NCBI GenBank assembly: GCA_002633005.1
Contig: NMRA01000042.1
Coordinates: forward strand, 1 to 64,000
Length of the DNA stretch: 64,000 bases
Source: Phoronis australis
Lineage: Eukaryota; Animalia; Phoronida
Direction: 5' to 3'
The notes under the pieces are model-generated. The model was not told where the DNA came from and did no database searches. It worked only from the letters and a program-made list of their open reading frames with translations. Both the position numbers and the translations under genes were made by a program. The stretch's first letter is position 1. Each line of letters begins with the position of its first letter. Shown here piece after piece: positions 40,404-53,191 of the stretch.

Positions 40404-41670
40404 CCTTGAGTAAACTAAGTTATTTAACGGTGTTGAAAAAAATGGCGTTCTACAGTTATTCTGCTGCTAAAGTTGTGGAGCGATCTTTAGCGACGGCTTT
40501 CGGCGACATGAAATATTGCGTCACCTATTTGCCAGTTTTTTTTTTCGCCGATTCTTCAATCAACTGTTCTTCTTTCACGAGGTTGCGTACACGTCACAAC
40601 AAATTATCAGAACTGGTTTCATTTCATTATAAGTATTTAGAATTTTGATCCCGAAAAACCGAATTTCAGAAGAAATTTGCTGCTGCCAAGAGATGTCGCA
40701 AAAATTTAGGGAATGGCGCGTGCGCGTGACACGAGCGTATTGTTTTCAAAACGACGACATACTTTTCATTATTAGAAATGGCGGAGAGTTACGCAAGAAA
40801 ACGACGTTTATTGCATTATTTTTCACTTAAACGGCTGTAACGGGCAAGGTGAGTGTCGGTTGATTCCCAGATTTTGCATGCACCTCGTCCAGTCTTTAGC
40901 TTTTATTAATTACATGTTGATACAAGTTTCACAGCGCGGTGACGAGCAGAACTACCCTGGCTGTGTGCAATTTCGGGGTCTACGGAAGAAATACACACTG
41001 TGGTACCTAGCTCAGTGTATTTTGACGACAGTACCTAGCTGTATTTTGACGACAGTCGTCATACAGCTAGCTGGCTGGCTTCATGTAAGTTAACGTATCC
41101 TCGTTACCTCGTCGTAAACTTGCATCAACCTGTAGAACTAACGGACCGGCAGGCGTGCATGCAAAATCTGGTAGTCAAACGACACTCGCCTTGTTCGTTG
41201 TAGCCGTTTAAGTGGAAAACAATCAAATAAACGGCATTTTCTAGCATAATTCTCCACCCTTTGTAACTAAGAAAATTGTGTCGTACGTTTTGAAAAACTG
41301 CACGCTCGCCGTGGCTCGGCGCACGCGCCATTTCCTAAAACTTGCGACGTCTTTCGGGAGATGATGACAGCTTCGCAGCAGCAAGGTTTATTCTAAAATT
41401 CATTTGGCTGGTATTAAAATACTAAAAACTTGTAGCGAAACGAAACATGTTATAAAAATTTGTTGTGACATGTACGCAAACTTGTGCTGGCAGCAGCGAA
41501 GAACAGTTGATAAAAAAGAATCGGGTGGGGGAGGAAGAAACTGGTAAAGGTCAGGTGACGTAATCGCCAAATGCCGACTCACGAGAACGCTTAAAAATTT
41601 TAACAGCAGCCGATTAGCGACCGCCAACTTTTCCAACACGGTAAAAAAGTTAGTTTAGGCCTACTTAAGG
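40404..41670. mobile_element. Non-autonomous DNA element with about 490-bp diverged terminal inverted repeats
   Basis: CCTTGAGTAAACTAAG.. is inverted against ..TTAGTTTAGGCCTACTTAAGG; CAGATTTTGCATGCAC pairs with GTGCATGCAAAATCTG, and TGGCGCGTGCGC with GCGCACGCGCCA. Confidence 0.7.
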
Positions 41671-42843
41671 ATGAGAGTACTGTTAATGATACTAATTTTG
41701 AGTCGGATTTTATTTGTCTATTTATTTTACCCATATCGGCGCAAACCTGTATGTTTAGTAGACAGCTTTGGGTCAAGGATTGGGCAACCCTGCGATGGTA
41801 TGCTATGACCATTCCTTTAGAAGACACCCCTTCGGAGAGATCGAACAACCAGGAGCCATACAAAAAGGCATGGCGAATCTTTTACAGCACAATGACAAAC
41901 AGTAAAATATAAGAATGGTTGATACAATTATAAAATACGATGTAAACTCTTCCCATGGCACAGCAATGTGATCAGCAGTCGAGGCCCGGTCACCAACACG
42001 TCACTGACATATCAGCCAATCAGCGATCGCTGTCAGGATTTCAGTTTGTTGGCAATAACTATGAATGAGTTTTGTTTAACGCGCAACTCAGGCACAGGTG
42101 AGATTTATTTGCACATGTATGTTAGAACTGGTTATAACTGCTGCATTATTATTACTACAGTGCCCTCTTAAGTGCCGTAATTAACTTGTTAACTTTGTTT
42201 TGTGGCTGCTGATCAGTTAAGTGCAGCCTGACTGAGATGGCCTTACTGGCCTCATGCATGCATATGTTTATTTCTTTAAATAAAGAGGAAGACCAGGTGG
42301 TACACCTTTTGAATGGTTTGAAAACAAAGTTTTTCTGGCTCGGACTTCTTGAGCCGGGACCTTCATTACCGGTAAGGATGCGTTCGCACCTGCACCCCCT
42401 TGACCACGGGTGTGTTTTGGTTGCTAACTTCAAGTCGCATTTAATTCCATTTATTTTTTTGAATGAATTGACAGTGAAAACTCAATATTAGATTTCAATT
42501 GTACAATCATTCTCAGCATACCTCTTCACACTACGAGCTGTGAAAAAATCCAATATAAAGTAAGATACTCGGCCATGCAGAGGCACAGCGTTCTGTGAGG
42601 GCGTATCACCACTCATGACAGCGCTAAACTGACGTTTTTGGCACGCGGTGGAAAGGAGTGAAATTGGAGGTGGAAGCCTAAAGCTGGCGACGATTTGGCG
42701 AAGTATAAATTAGCAAAGACTGCACTTGACTGTCAAGGGGGCGACAGGCGGCAGCGAAATGTCAGTGGCACCGGACTGTTATATCCTGACAGGCAGTGCT
42801 TTTCCAAGATACGCTAGATATGAAAACTCGCGTAACAACATAC

Positions 42844-42977
42844 CCTACACGTGCCACGAGTGCCGTCACCAAAACACACCATTCCCTTGTCTATCCTTCC
42901 CGGCCAGGCTGCCTTGCAGTATGTAGTGCTCACAATTTTACCATGCAGCTGCTGAAGATGAAATCGATCGCCCGTCC
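42844..42977 (-). CDS. Serine protease A, exon 7
   Basis: GTGDRFHLQQLHGKIVSTTYCKAAWPGRIDKGMVCFGDGTRGTCR; 134 bp with AG/GT boundaries. Confidence 0.92.
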
Positions 42978-43043
42978 CTGAAATGCAACCCAACGATATA
43001 GAATATTTTAAGTACGTCGAGACGATATTAAATGTTACAATCA

Positions 43044-43180
43044 CATGGGCGGCTCAGCTCTGAAATAAATGGGGCTATGGCCCCTCAACCCCCTATGGTG
43101 CGCGCTGCCCATCCCCGATGGCCGGCGCAGCACTGAAAAACAGTAGGTGGGGGCTATATCCCCCCGCAGCCCCTATAGTG
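43044..43180. mobile_element. MITE-like dimer (CATGGGCGG family)
   Basis: Two head-to-tail units similar to 2172-2242. Confidence 0.55.
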
Positions 43181-43986
43181 GAGATATAAAAGGAACGAGT
43201 CATAGTTGACAAAATAATGGAATTTGTTTTGACAACGACAGACTGACCGACTTTTGGGCGGGAATTGCGGGTAAAAATTGACCAAGGCTGCCTAAGCGTC
43301 CTACTCCTGTTGTAGGCATGCGCAGAATGTATATCATTAGGCCGATGAGAGATAACTACATTGTATATATACCAATGCGTGGTTATGAGTTTACTTGCCC
43401 ACATTCTCGTTCGTCTTGGCGTAACTTGATTACGCTCGAAACGAATGTATATCAACATATTTCATAGCCACATCCGTCTTTACTGTACATGTATATATTC
43501 TTTGTAGCCACTGCGAAGAGTAGGCTACTTCCTACATGCAATATTTGGTCGCGTGTAGCGTTGTTGGTTGTTCCAATAGAAATTAGTTGTAAACCAACTA
43601 CTACAGTGTAGGCTTGAAGTGTTGAACCCTCATAAAGGAGTCATAACCGTTTTTTGGTTAAAGTACGATTTTCAGGTTATTTTAGATAAATTTTCAAATT
43701 ACGCCAATACCCCGGGTTCTAATTCATTGTGTATCCGTCTCTCCGGAAGTGAAATTCAAGGTCCGAATCATTTACCGGCATCGTTTCAATGCACTGCGAA
43801 CTCTGTTTTGCATCGGATGCAATTCCAGATACCGTTGAAGGTACTGAAAGCGATGACAACTTTTGATCGTAAATTACATTCTGAGTACGTAGAACACGAA
43901 CTCCTCGCAACTTTGCCTACTGTATGATCAGAAAATACGTTTCATAATACAACTTAAGCATCTTACGGTCTGTTGTCCTGGCTTAC

Positions 43987-44149
43987 CATGAGTAAGTCCC
44001 CATCCAGAAACCCAACAACGAAGGTTCTGATAGTTTTCAGATTTTTTAGGAAGACACACGGAGTTGACGAAGGCATTAAACTGGAATTGTTGCTTCACCC
44101 GGAGAAGAGCAATATCCTTGGATGAACTAACAGGATCATATCCGGAGTG
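43987..44149 (-). CDS. Serine protease A, exon 6 (catalytic Asp)
   Basis: HSGYDPVSSSKDIALLRV..VNSVCLP..CWVSGWGLTHG; 163 bp. Confidence 0.92.
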
Positions 44150-44571
44150 CTAAAATAATGGAACAAATACTTCAAGAAGTATTGAAATATACATTAAAAG
44201 GAACCTATTTTTAGAAAGGATTGTCTATTCCTCTTAAACTCTGTCAATAAAATCTTCCGTGACAAAAATGACAACTTTTGATTTATACAACTTAGCGTTA
44301 GCCATATTGGAAGTTTTTGCAGGCGTCAGGGAACTGAAAGTTCGTTGTTGCAAGTGACCAGGCTCCTCAATTCGGCTTGTCACGGCGCGCCGTCTTAAGG
44401 ATAAACGAAGTGTCAGTTCTTCTCATGAAACCAGAATTCACATCTCATCTGGGTAAAAAAAAAACTGATGCCGTTTTTAAGCGGCAAGTGGTCTGAATCA
44501 AAAGTTCTGTTTAACGGAATGTTGATTTATAGCTGCAACAAACAGCGACTAAGCTTTGTGTGATTTCTTAC

Positions 44572-44671
44572 CAATATTATCTCTTCAGCGTCTCGCACAG
44601 CTTCAGAGCCGTCATCCTTCCCTAAGTACATTTCTCCGGCGTGAACTTTGAAACGCTGATGATCTGAAACT
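44572..44671 (-). CDS. Serine protease A, exon 5
   Basis: VSDHQRFKVHAGEMYLGKDDGSEAVRDAEEIIL; 100 bp, same size and phase as the paralog exon. Confidence 0.85.
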
Positions 44672-44966
44672 CTTTAAAACACCTCTAACGTTAAGATATT
44701 TTAGTTTTTTCAGTAAGCCAGAACTCGATAATCAACACGATAACTGTATTCATATTTAGACAAGTTCCACCGAGATTTAGGCAATATTAAAGCTTGGAAA
44801 GCTCTTTTTGGTTAAAAGAGTTTTATTTCAGGTAGTGTTAAACAATTTGCCAATAACTATTTGATAAAAGCACACTAGTTTTATATCGCTACTTTGTAAA
44901 AAAAGCGAATATTTAGAATTTTTACCGCCAACACATTTCGATAACAACACTTTCAGATGCATTTAC

Positions 44967-45141
44967 TGTGTGAAGCAGTGGGCAGCTGATAAAATCCACT
45001 GTGGTGAAATGATGGCTCCGCCGCAGTGATGCCGACCATCCAAGGTGATAGACACCTGCCAAGGCCAGCCCCCTTTTCTTGCATCACTTCCGCCGACTAG
45101 CCTCTTGTTTGGTGGAGGATAGAATGTGTGACCACAGCCGT
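44967..45141 (-). CDS. Serine protease A, exon 4 (activation site, catalytic His)
   Basis: [13 protein letters not shown]|[37 protein letters not shown]; 175 bp. Confidence 0.93.
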
Positions 45142-45847
45142 CTAAAAATAATTGGTGCCTTGTTCATGTACATTCTTTCAGTCAATTTGCCTGGCCTATA
45201 CTGAATTCAGAACAATGTCAACGGATACCTTGTTGTCCATAGTGTTTCGCTAATAAAAGCGATAATCGAGGCAGACATGTACACCTATCAGGGTGATTAA
45301 AGTTGAAATTTAATGTTGAAGACAATTAGAATAGTTACAGATTCATTTCGCAACGAGCAGCTGGATGAAACGAAAATCAAACCACTTCTGTACTATCATG
45401 ACATCGGCCTCATAATGGTTCTATTTACCTTATCAACAAGAACAACGAATCCGAACTAGCCAAATCCGAAACTGCAAAGTCAAAAATTGGCGCATGCGCG
45501 CATTGCCTGTAACCCGAGCTGGTTACTGAAATAGAATCACTTCACAGTGAGGAGTATTATGAGACCAATCTTATGAGGTGCAAACCCTGTTTCTATTTTC
45601 GATTTTAGATAGCTAAAGAAGGCATGAAACTTTAATAACCGTGGCTCATTTTACCTATAACACCATGGCGTTTACAAGGGCCCAGTTATTTAAAGAACGT
45701 TTCTTGCGAGGAAAGCGAGAAAACACGAGTCTGCGTGATGTTGTCATAAAGCGTTCATGGAACGTGTGCCATTAAATATCTAAGAAGGTTAATTGCGATT
45801 ATTATGTTGAACTTCTAATAAAATCTTTGGCAACACTGTACATGTAC

Positions 45848-46024
45848 CTGGTGTAGCTGCCGTACTTGGAGTGACTTGTGAGTTTCCCGGCATGCAACAC
45901 GTGTGTCTCTGGTCTTCACATAGTTTGCCATAAAGAGCGCTTGATACGATCATTTCTCCGTCACAGGATGCTGTGGTGGCCAGGCATTTTCCGCCATATT
46001 TTTCTTTGCACACGGATTTCATGG
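45848..46024 (-). CDS. Serine protease A, exon 3 (six-Cys clip/big-defensin-like domain plus S/T/P linker)
   Basis: CKEKYGGKCLATTASCDGEMIVSSALYGKLCEDQRHTCC; phase 1-1; paralogous to 58842-59066. Confidence 0.85.
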
Positions 46025-46364
46025 CTGCAAAGCAAAATCGTATTAGCCAATCTAAAAAGGAGACATGTTTTTTTTTCTCATTCACGACTCGGTGATAAAA
46101 AGCAGAAAAATGAGAATTGACGTTTTCAGACATCTTGAAAAACGGCATTGAGAAAGATGCGATTAAGATGACGACATTTTACGGGCACCATATGCACCTG
46201 TATCACGAATAAATATACCAGGAAACTTGTAAACAAGTTTTACCAATAATTTCTCATCTGCTGTCTGTCAAGTCACGAAAAAATACTTGTTGATAAAAAA
46301 TCGTGACTTTTGGATATCGGTGCAAATAACATATACGCAATGGAAATGTTGTTGGCGGCGAAGA

Positions 46365-46662
46365 TAGTTATGGTGATGCTGGTGGTTGTGACGATGATGG
46401 TGGAGATAACTATTGTGATGGCGAAAATGACGACAGCGGTGTTGATGGTAATGATGAAAGATAATGGTGAAGATGGTGATGATGATGGTGATGGTGATGG
46501 TGATGTGAAGATGATGATGACGGTGATGTTGGTAGAGATGATGGTGGTGGTGGGGGAGATGATGGTGGTCGTCATAATGGTGAAGATGGTGATGGTGGTG
46601 GTGATGACGTTCATGGTGATCAATGATGATTTGTTGTGGTGTCGGTGACTGCTACTGATGAC
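46365..46662. repeat. GAT/GGT trinucleotide low-complexity repeat
   Basis: Degenerate (GAT/GGT)n tract. Confidence 0.85.
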
Positions 46663-46881
46663 AATGGCGCTTATATGCAGCCTAGTGTACTACTAACCGT
46701 ACACGAATTTATTTTTTAATATGACGTGTGATTCATCTAGTCGGGTATGTGTATCAATCTGCACTACGGCGAGCTTACAATCCCTGCCAATCAAAAGTAA
46801 GTACAAAGCACAAGAGCAAACAGTGCACACAAAACGCAAGGAGTATCAAGGTTAATTCACGTGGACGACGACTTAACTTAC

Positions 46882-46989
46882 AATGACAGCAGGTGCTATC
46901 GGCTGGACACAGGTTCTGACTTTGAATGACCCGTACACAGGACGCCTGGCAAGTTCCTCCAAAGATAGTGCACCATACCTGACTATTCA
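46882..46989 (-). CDS. Serine protease A, exon 2 (beta-defensin-like six-Cys domain)
   Basis: TTCCAG acceptor; VNSQVWCTIFGGTCQASCVRVIQSQNLCPADSTCCH; GTAAGT donor; phase 1-1. Confidence 0.78.
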
Positions 46990-49657
46990 CTGGAAAATCC
47001 GAACACCATTGAACCAATAAGGGGCAATAAACTCTCTTTCTGTCCTAAGCCCTGAAATCAACTTCAACTTGAATACCGAACAGTTTGAGTATAGTCTAAA
47101 TCACTGAAAGATGGGTTTATAGCTGTTTTCATTTAAATATACCAAGTGATCGATCCTATAGATTTTGACAGCCACTGTTATCAGTCACTCATGTATCTAT
47201 GGTGTCTAAAGGGGACAATCACGATTTTCACGAAAAAGGTCCCGAAAGCCCTAATACAGTATGCCGACGCTATTTTTCCATTGCCAGATTAGGGGAAAGG
47301 GCGGCCACTTGCACCCCTAAATCCTCTTATCAATCGTACTCATACACTGTAGGATAGAAAAATCAATTTGAGCTCCAAAAAATAATTTTCCTTCCGTTAT
47401 GGTATCCCGTGTGCGAAATGAAAGTGTCCTTGTACCCTTGGCACGAATGCCAACCCAGTTAAATTCAAGTCTGCCAAAGATGGTTTTTGTTACTAGCCAT
47501 ACGGCTACTTAAACTAGCGTTAAAATGGGCAATTTTGTGCCAATTCTATTGTTATTCTGTCACTGGCTATACCAGACACCAAGGATGACACATGACACTT
47601 TTGAAAAGTACTTTTATGGAATAATACTTGAAGTTTCATGTAGTTTTTGAGACGAAATCTCGTACTAGCTAAAAATCCACATGTCATTTGACAAAATAGG
47701 AGCATGAAAATGTTTTGTAGTTACGACGCACCAGTGGTTTAAAATGCACGATGTTTGATGACCTTATTCGTACAGTTGTTCCAGACAGCTCCCGATTTCT
47801 TGGTTCGAGTGGGGTGACAGAGAGGCTGTTCTCTTGAAAACCAAAAATCTCTTGGAATAGACGCAGACCTGGCTCCCATTTAAATTGTTTAGCTGATGAA
47901 TTATATACGTGTAGTTGTTGTCTACAGAAATGCAGAGCAGCAGTTCTAGGGCAATGCAATTTTTGTGGGAACCAATCAGTCATAAAACCCAATAAAAGAA
48001 GCTACATGTAGGCAAGTATAAGAAAAATGTATTACGGAACAGTCCTTGATTTGGCGACCTCACTGCAGGTCACCAATGCGACCTCAGATTGTGTTTGGCT
48101 ACGTGGGAAAATCCTAAGTAACCACGAAGTCGCCACTGCGATCAGTCCGGCAATAATATTCCTAAATTCGTTTCAAAGTTTGTGTTGACTTCCAAACTAT
48201 AAATAACTCACAGTTTTCTTACATTTAAATAAATGCTTTGATTTACAATTGCTTCTTTATTTAGAGAACTCAGTGCATTTGTCACCACAGCAGTCAGCAC
48301 ACATCAAACGCGCTTAATTTACAATAATAAGTAAAAAGACAGAAGTAGAAATTGTTCGGCAAAAATCGGGAAAGATCGGTGAACCACGCGCCTCCAGTGA
48401 TATGCGATCGTCTGTGTACTACTATTTCTGCGTTGGCAAAAGGAACTGTATAAGAGAATTGAATGGTACATATTTTACAGGGAGAATTTGAAGAGGCATG
48501 CGCAAGTTTCTGAGAACGAACAAACTTTTTATTGGACGATTTCGACGTGTTTTCGCGACATCAGATTTTGTTTGGTGAATTGGGATTTTCGTCAAGTCGC
48601 TAAATACATGTACGACGTGGCGCCAAGCTAGGTGCAGAGTTCATTTTAGGGCACGTCGGTGCGCTACTGGCATACATGTAGTATCGGTTGACGCACTAAA
48701 TAGGAGACGGTACGCTCAAGTGGCGCAAGAAACTAATTAGAGTCACACACTGATAAGAACATTGCTGCCTGATCTGAACGATCAAATTTAATATAATGTT
48801 CCTTACTTCAATACTTGTCCAATCCACTGAAAAACTAACTTCAAGCAAGTTTTCTTAATACTTCACTCCTTGCTTCAAGTTTGTTCAAAACAAATCTCGG
48901 AGCTCATAATTTCCTGCATGAAACAGTTTAAGTCCCGTAACATACAGTACGTAGCACGAGATAACTCAGTCCAGCGAAGTCACATGCGACATGTTCCGTA
49001 CTGCTTTTGGAGAGCATACGACAAAACAACCAACAGAATGAACCTTAAAGCTAGTTTATACACTTCAAAGAAAAGTTCATAATTTTAACATGTTTGCACA
49101 CATTCAACCTTCATCGTCTCACGATTACTGGTTTCGAAGAATGCATGTTGAACAGGTCACTGGCCCAAGATCTGCAGTACCTAAAACGAACACCTAAGAC
49201 ACTGTCGGGCACTGTACGTGCATACATGTACATTCAATAGGCATTTATGTAGATAACTTATCTGGGTAAAAGGCGCAACTGAAGAATTCTATTGGTCGAG
49301 TACCTCGTACGTCACATAACCCGCATCACACAATGTTTTCCCCAGAGCCATGTCACGATACTTACTGGACACGGTTCCATGATGTCCGGTGGATCGTTTT
49401 CGCCAAGTAACTCGTTCTTAAAAACATTCTGCAACTATCAAGCGACTTCATATTCTTATCGTTCCTGTATGTTGTCTGTCTGCAGTAACTAATTTGCCCA
49501 TTAGCAAATGACAGAGATAAGTACACATGACAAGCCTGCAATTTCCACTTTAAATTTCACGAGAATATTTTTCAAATATACAATGTAATTGCCACCATCT
49601 TAAAGATCAATTTTCGTAATTTTGACGAAAAAACAAACTCACTCTTTCGGTATTTAC

Positions 49658-49706
49658 CTGATTTTATGTCCACAGCCCCTAACGCAAAGAGCGCTAATAT
49701 TATCAT
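49658..49706 (-). CDS. Serine protease A, probable exon 1 (signal peptide)
   Basis: ACCATG; MIILALFALGAVDIKS then G|GTAAAT, phase 1; joined CDS is 1068 nt (355 aa). Confidence 0.7.
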
Positions 49707-52700
49707 GGTTGTATCATATCGTGTTAACGTTTTAAAAGTTATGCTGTTTGAATCATCCGGCTTACATCTACAAGTACAAGTACCTTTCGCGAGTATTCGT
49801 GGGAATCTAACAGCTTCCGGGTTATCAGCTGTCGTCTGCGTTGCTGTAGTAGCCCGCGTGTATGGACCGCCCCCGATCCTGGAATATGTCTCAACTTCTA
49901 CTTACATGTAATTTAAATTAACTCGTCTGTTCTGGCCCATTTTGTCCAGTTTGACCCATTGCCTGTTACAGGTATGTCACTATTGGCTATTACGTTCATT
50001 TTCACACAAGACAGATTTGATCCAATAGTATAAGTTGAACGACGTACAGTTCACATTTCGCAAAATTTTTTGGCCGTTTACATACCCAGGGATCGCTGCT
50101 GAAATATAAATATTTGATTAATTGGCTTGAAATCCCAATACTTGAACCTAATAACCTTACTAAAATTCGCGTTCAAACACTCCCGGCATGTTGGAAAGGT
50201 AACCACGGTGCGTTCAAGCAGTGTACATGTACATGTACATAGACAATGAATGATCCGGGACTCCTCCACTGTCTACTCTGGTGCGAGTTGTGGTACGAAA
50301 TTTTCCAAATTTCTCCAAATATTTTACCAACACATGGAAACTCGATACAAAGGGAACTTGCCCTTTACTTCGATCAACGGTCAGCCAGGTCGCACATCAG
50401 GAGATACTGCAGGTTCAGGCCCAAGGACCCCGAATTTGAAGACAGCTCAGCTAGTTTAAGCAAACATGACGCTACTTTGTACATTGTCAACTATACTTCC
50501 AGATCATCACCACCGACAGGTGGATCACCACCGACCGACAGGTGGTGAACTGATAAACCATTGCTTATATCGTCAAGCGCTCTATCGAGATAATTGTAAC
50601 CACAAAAAACATTACGGCGTTTTGCCGTTGCTCCCATCTTGTTCAATTCTATAGCCCAACAACAAGTTGGGAAGTTTACCCCTGTAGCCAATATCTTACA
50701 CAACTGATTAACTCCATTCTGGCATTTATGGATGGCCAGCTCTCTTTTGTTCGATAATTGCTCTAGTCTCCAATAAGATCGTATCTACTCTGACTGGGCT
50801 GTGCTGATAAACATAAACATTAAGTTATAACATATCTGAACATAAACCAATAGCATTTCTGAAGTCTTCGTCAAATGGTGATCATGTTTAGATTTTGAAT
50901 CGCCAAAATCGCCACGACAATCTATTCTTTCCGAATACACCAATTAACTCTGAGCTTGGCTGTGTTTACACGTGATCTGTAATATGCCTGGTAGATAATT
51001 GGCCTGCTTGTTGTCATAACAGACAAAAGACTGTGCTTGGCAGTTAACAAAGAAGCTACGTGTAGATGATACCTATACGTCTGGTAAAGTCACTGAACGG
51101 GAAAACGCTGTCAGGACGATTCAGCTGTATACCAGAAGTGTATCGGAAGTTCAAGCTACGATGTACAAATATACTTTAGTCTTCATTGAGTAAACTAAAT
51201 TAGTTACGGATGCTACAGTTTATGGTATAACAAAGTCTATGCCAATTACGACTCAGTGCTTACTACCCAAAACCACGGGATTTGGGTTTTAGTTTCTAGG
51301 CATGTTTTCATTTCATGAAAACCATGATAGCCCTTCATGAAAAACTACATTTAAAAAACAATTTCCAGCAGGTTCTTGAAAACTGTGCAATAATTTTGTA
51401 TCTGAAAGTTTCATTTGAATCTTATTATACCTTTACAGTATGAGATATGATGCTGCAAATGTAGTCAGATTTGGTCACTTCGTCGAGCAAAATGGTCCAT
51501 TTTACTCATCTTAAGAGGATTGTACCCTGAAAGAAGACCCATACGGCCAATACCCTGCTGGTCCCCTGTAAAGAACCGGTCCGTCACTTTGCATCAATAT
51601 ACATGTAGCCTTCCAGATGGTGATCAAAGGACTCTTCATATGGGCAGGTGCAAATTGTTGGCGGCTGAGGGAGCAGGAGCACTGGGTGGCGACCAAGCGA
51701 TGGGAAATTGTGGCGACAAGGCGTCAGTTTCCGGTTTGTATTTGCGGCGGCTGTGATCCAGGTAATAGCTGATCAAGCCTCAGGCCCCAAATCCGTGGAC
51801 CCGTCACTAACTTTTTCAAACCAAACATAACTCTTGAATTCTACTTCATACATCATCAGAAGTATTAAACCCTTCACATAATGGCCGTAAATGCTTGAAT
51901 CCCAGCAATCTTGGTATGATGTTTTAAGATTTTTTTTCAATTTGTGTACTTGTAATCAAGAAATAAATGTAAAATATAATAAACGTTGTGTGACGTCATC
52001 AGTTGAAATTCGGTCTTCGCCAATGTGTTGTTATACACCAGCTGTAAGCCGGAGAGGTCCCGAAAAATGTTGAATAATGCCTGAGAAGAGTATTATGAAA
52101 AAGCGTGTGTGCAGATAATGCTGTAATACATGTAGCAGTAGGACAGACAATATTTCAGTTTTTTGTGTTTCAAAAAGCCCTTTTAAAAGAGTCTCCCAGA
52201 AATGGCACACGTTTGTGCGTCGGAAACGGTGTGGCAGTACACGGTGTAGCAAGCGATGGATCATTTCAGGTTCAACGCTGTGCCACGGCTCACCCTATTT
52301 CGAAAAATCGTGCTGAGATCCGCCGACGAAACGGAGATTTGATGAAAGTTAATCCAACGTGCATTTGATGGTCACGCACGGCTTCAAACACGCAAAGTCT
52401 GCCCATATGACGAGGTCTAACTTATTATTTTTTTCATCTAAACTATGAGTGTCTTCTTCAAATCTATCTCTAGCCTATGGCTGTCTTCATAATACTCGTC
52501 ATGTTCGTTCACTGAAATTTTCGTAACTTACAAAATCAGTTCTGTCCGCTATTGCATATTTGCTTAGCTATGACCGACCAACGTCTTCCTCTGATGACAT
52601 CACGTGGCGGGAAACGAAACAACGTAGTTTTTCTTTAAAACTCTAAAATGTCAGAAATGCAAAAATCCATTGTAGGAACGCTTTAACATACCTCATTTAA

Positions 52701-53029
52701 AAAGTTGAATTTTTTCTTCTGAAAGAAAAGCAGAATCGTAGGAAAATGTTCCCAAACATAAGGGCAACCTTCCAATAGTGGTCGCCTCAGATGTGAGTCT
52801 AGTGCTGCATTTCGTTGACTCACACTTATGTATAAAACACAAGATCACGCATTCCTTAGCGAGATATCGCCATTTATTGCAAGCGGAGCCTATATGTGAT
52901 GGCATTGTTTTTTTCTTGCGATCTAATTTTCCTGAATCAGTACGTGAGCAATCTCTGACGTGGTAAAATAAATAACAAAACGCAACACACAAACGTTGAT
53001 TACTTCTCAGTATATTGATTGAAGCGTAT

Positions 53030-53191
53030 TTACAGTCCAGATTGCTGTTTAATCCAATCTCTGTAGTAACTGACACGCGTGAAAACGTTAGGCAATCCAC
53101 GCGTTACGCAGTCTTGACTTCCCCATGACGTCACGCCGGCAAGTTTGTAGGCGCCGTTTTCTTCGCACACCATCGGTCCGCCACTGTCACC
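53030..53191 (-). CDS. S1A serine protease B, last exon (catalytic Ser)
   Basis: [53 protein letters not shown] then stop; 162 bp. Confidence 0.94.
   Translation of the reverse strand, partial: GDSGGPMVCEENGAYKLAGVTSWGSQDCVTRGLPNVFTRVSYYRDWIKQQSGL

Noticed and set aside
46273-46648. ORFs of 112-116 aa rich in M/V/D or T/I
   Set aside because: They are translations of an intronic trinucleotide repeat; the same applies to 54513-55067.
49365-49430. Extra minus-strand exon candidate in protease A intron 1
   Set aside because: It has a good donor, but reading in the required phase 1 hits a stop codon.
52590-52625. CTGATGA...GAAA hammerhead-like core
   Set aside because: No stem II or flanking stem pairing can be formed.
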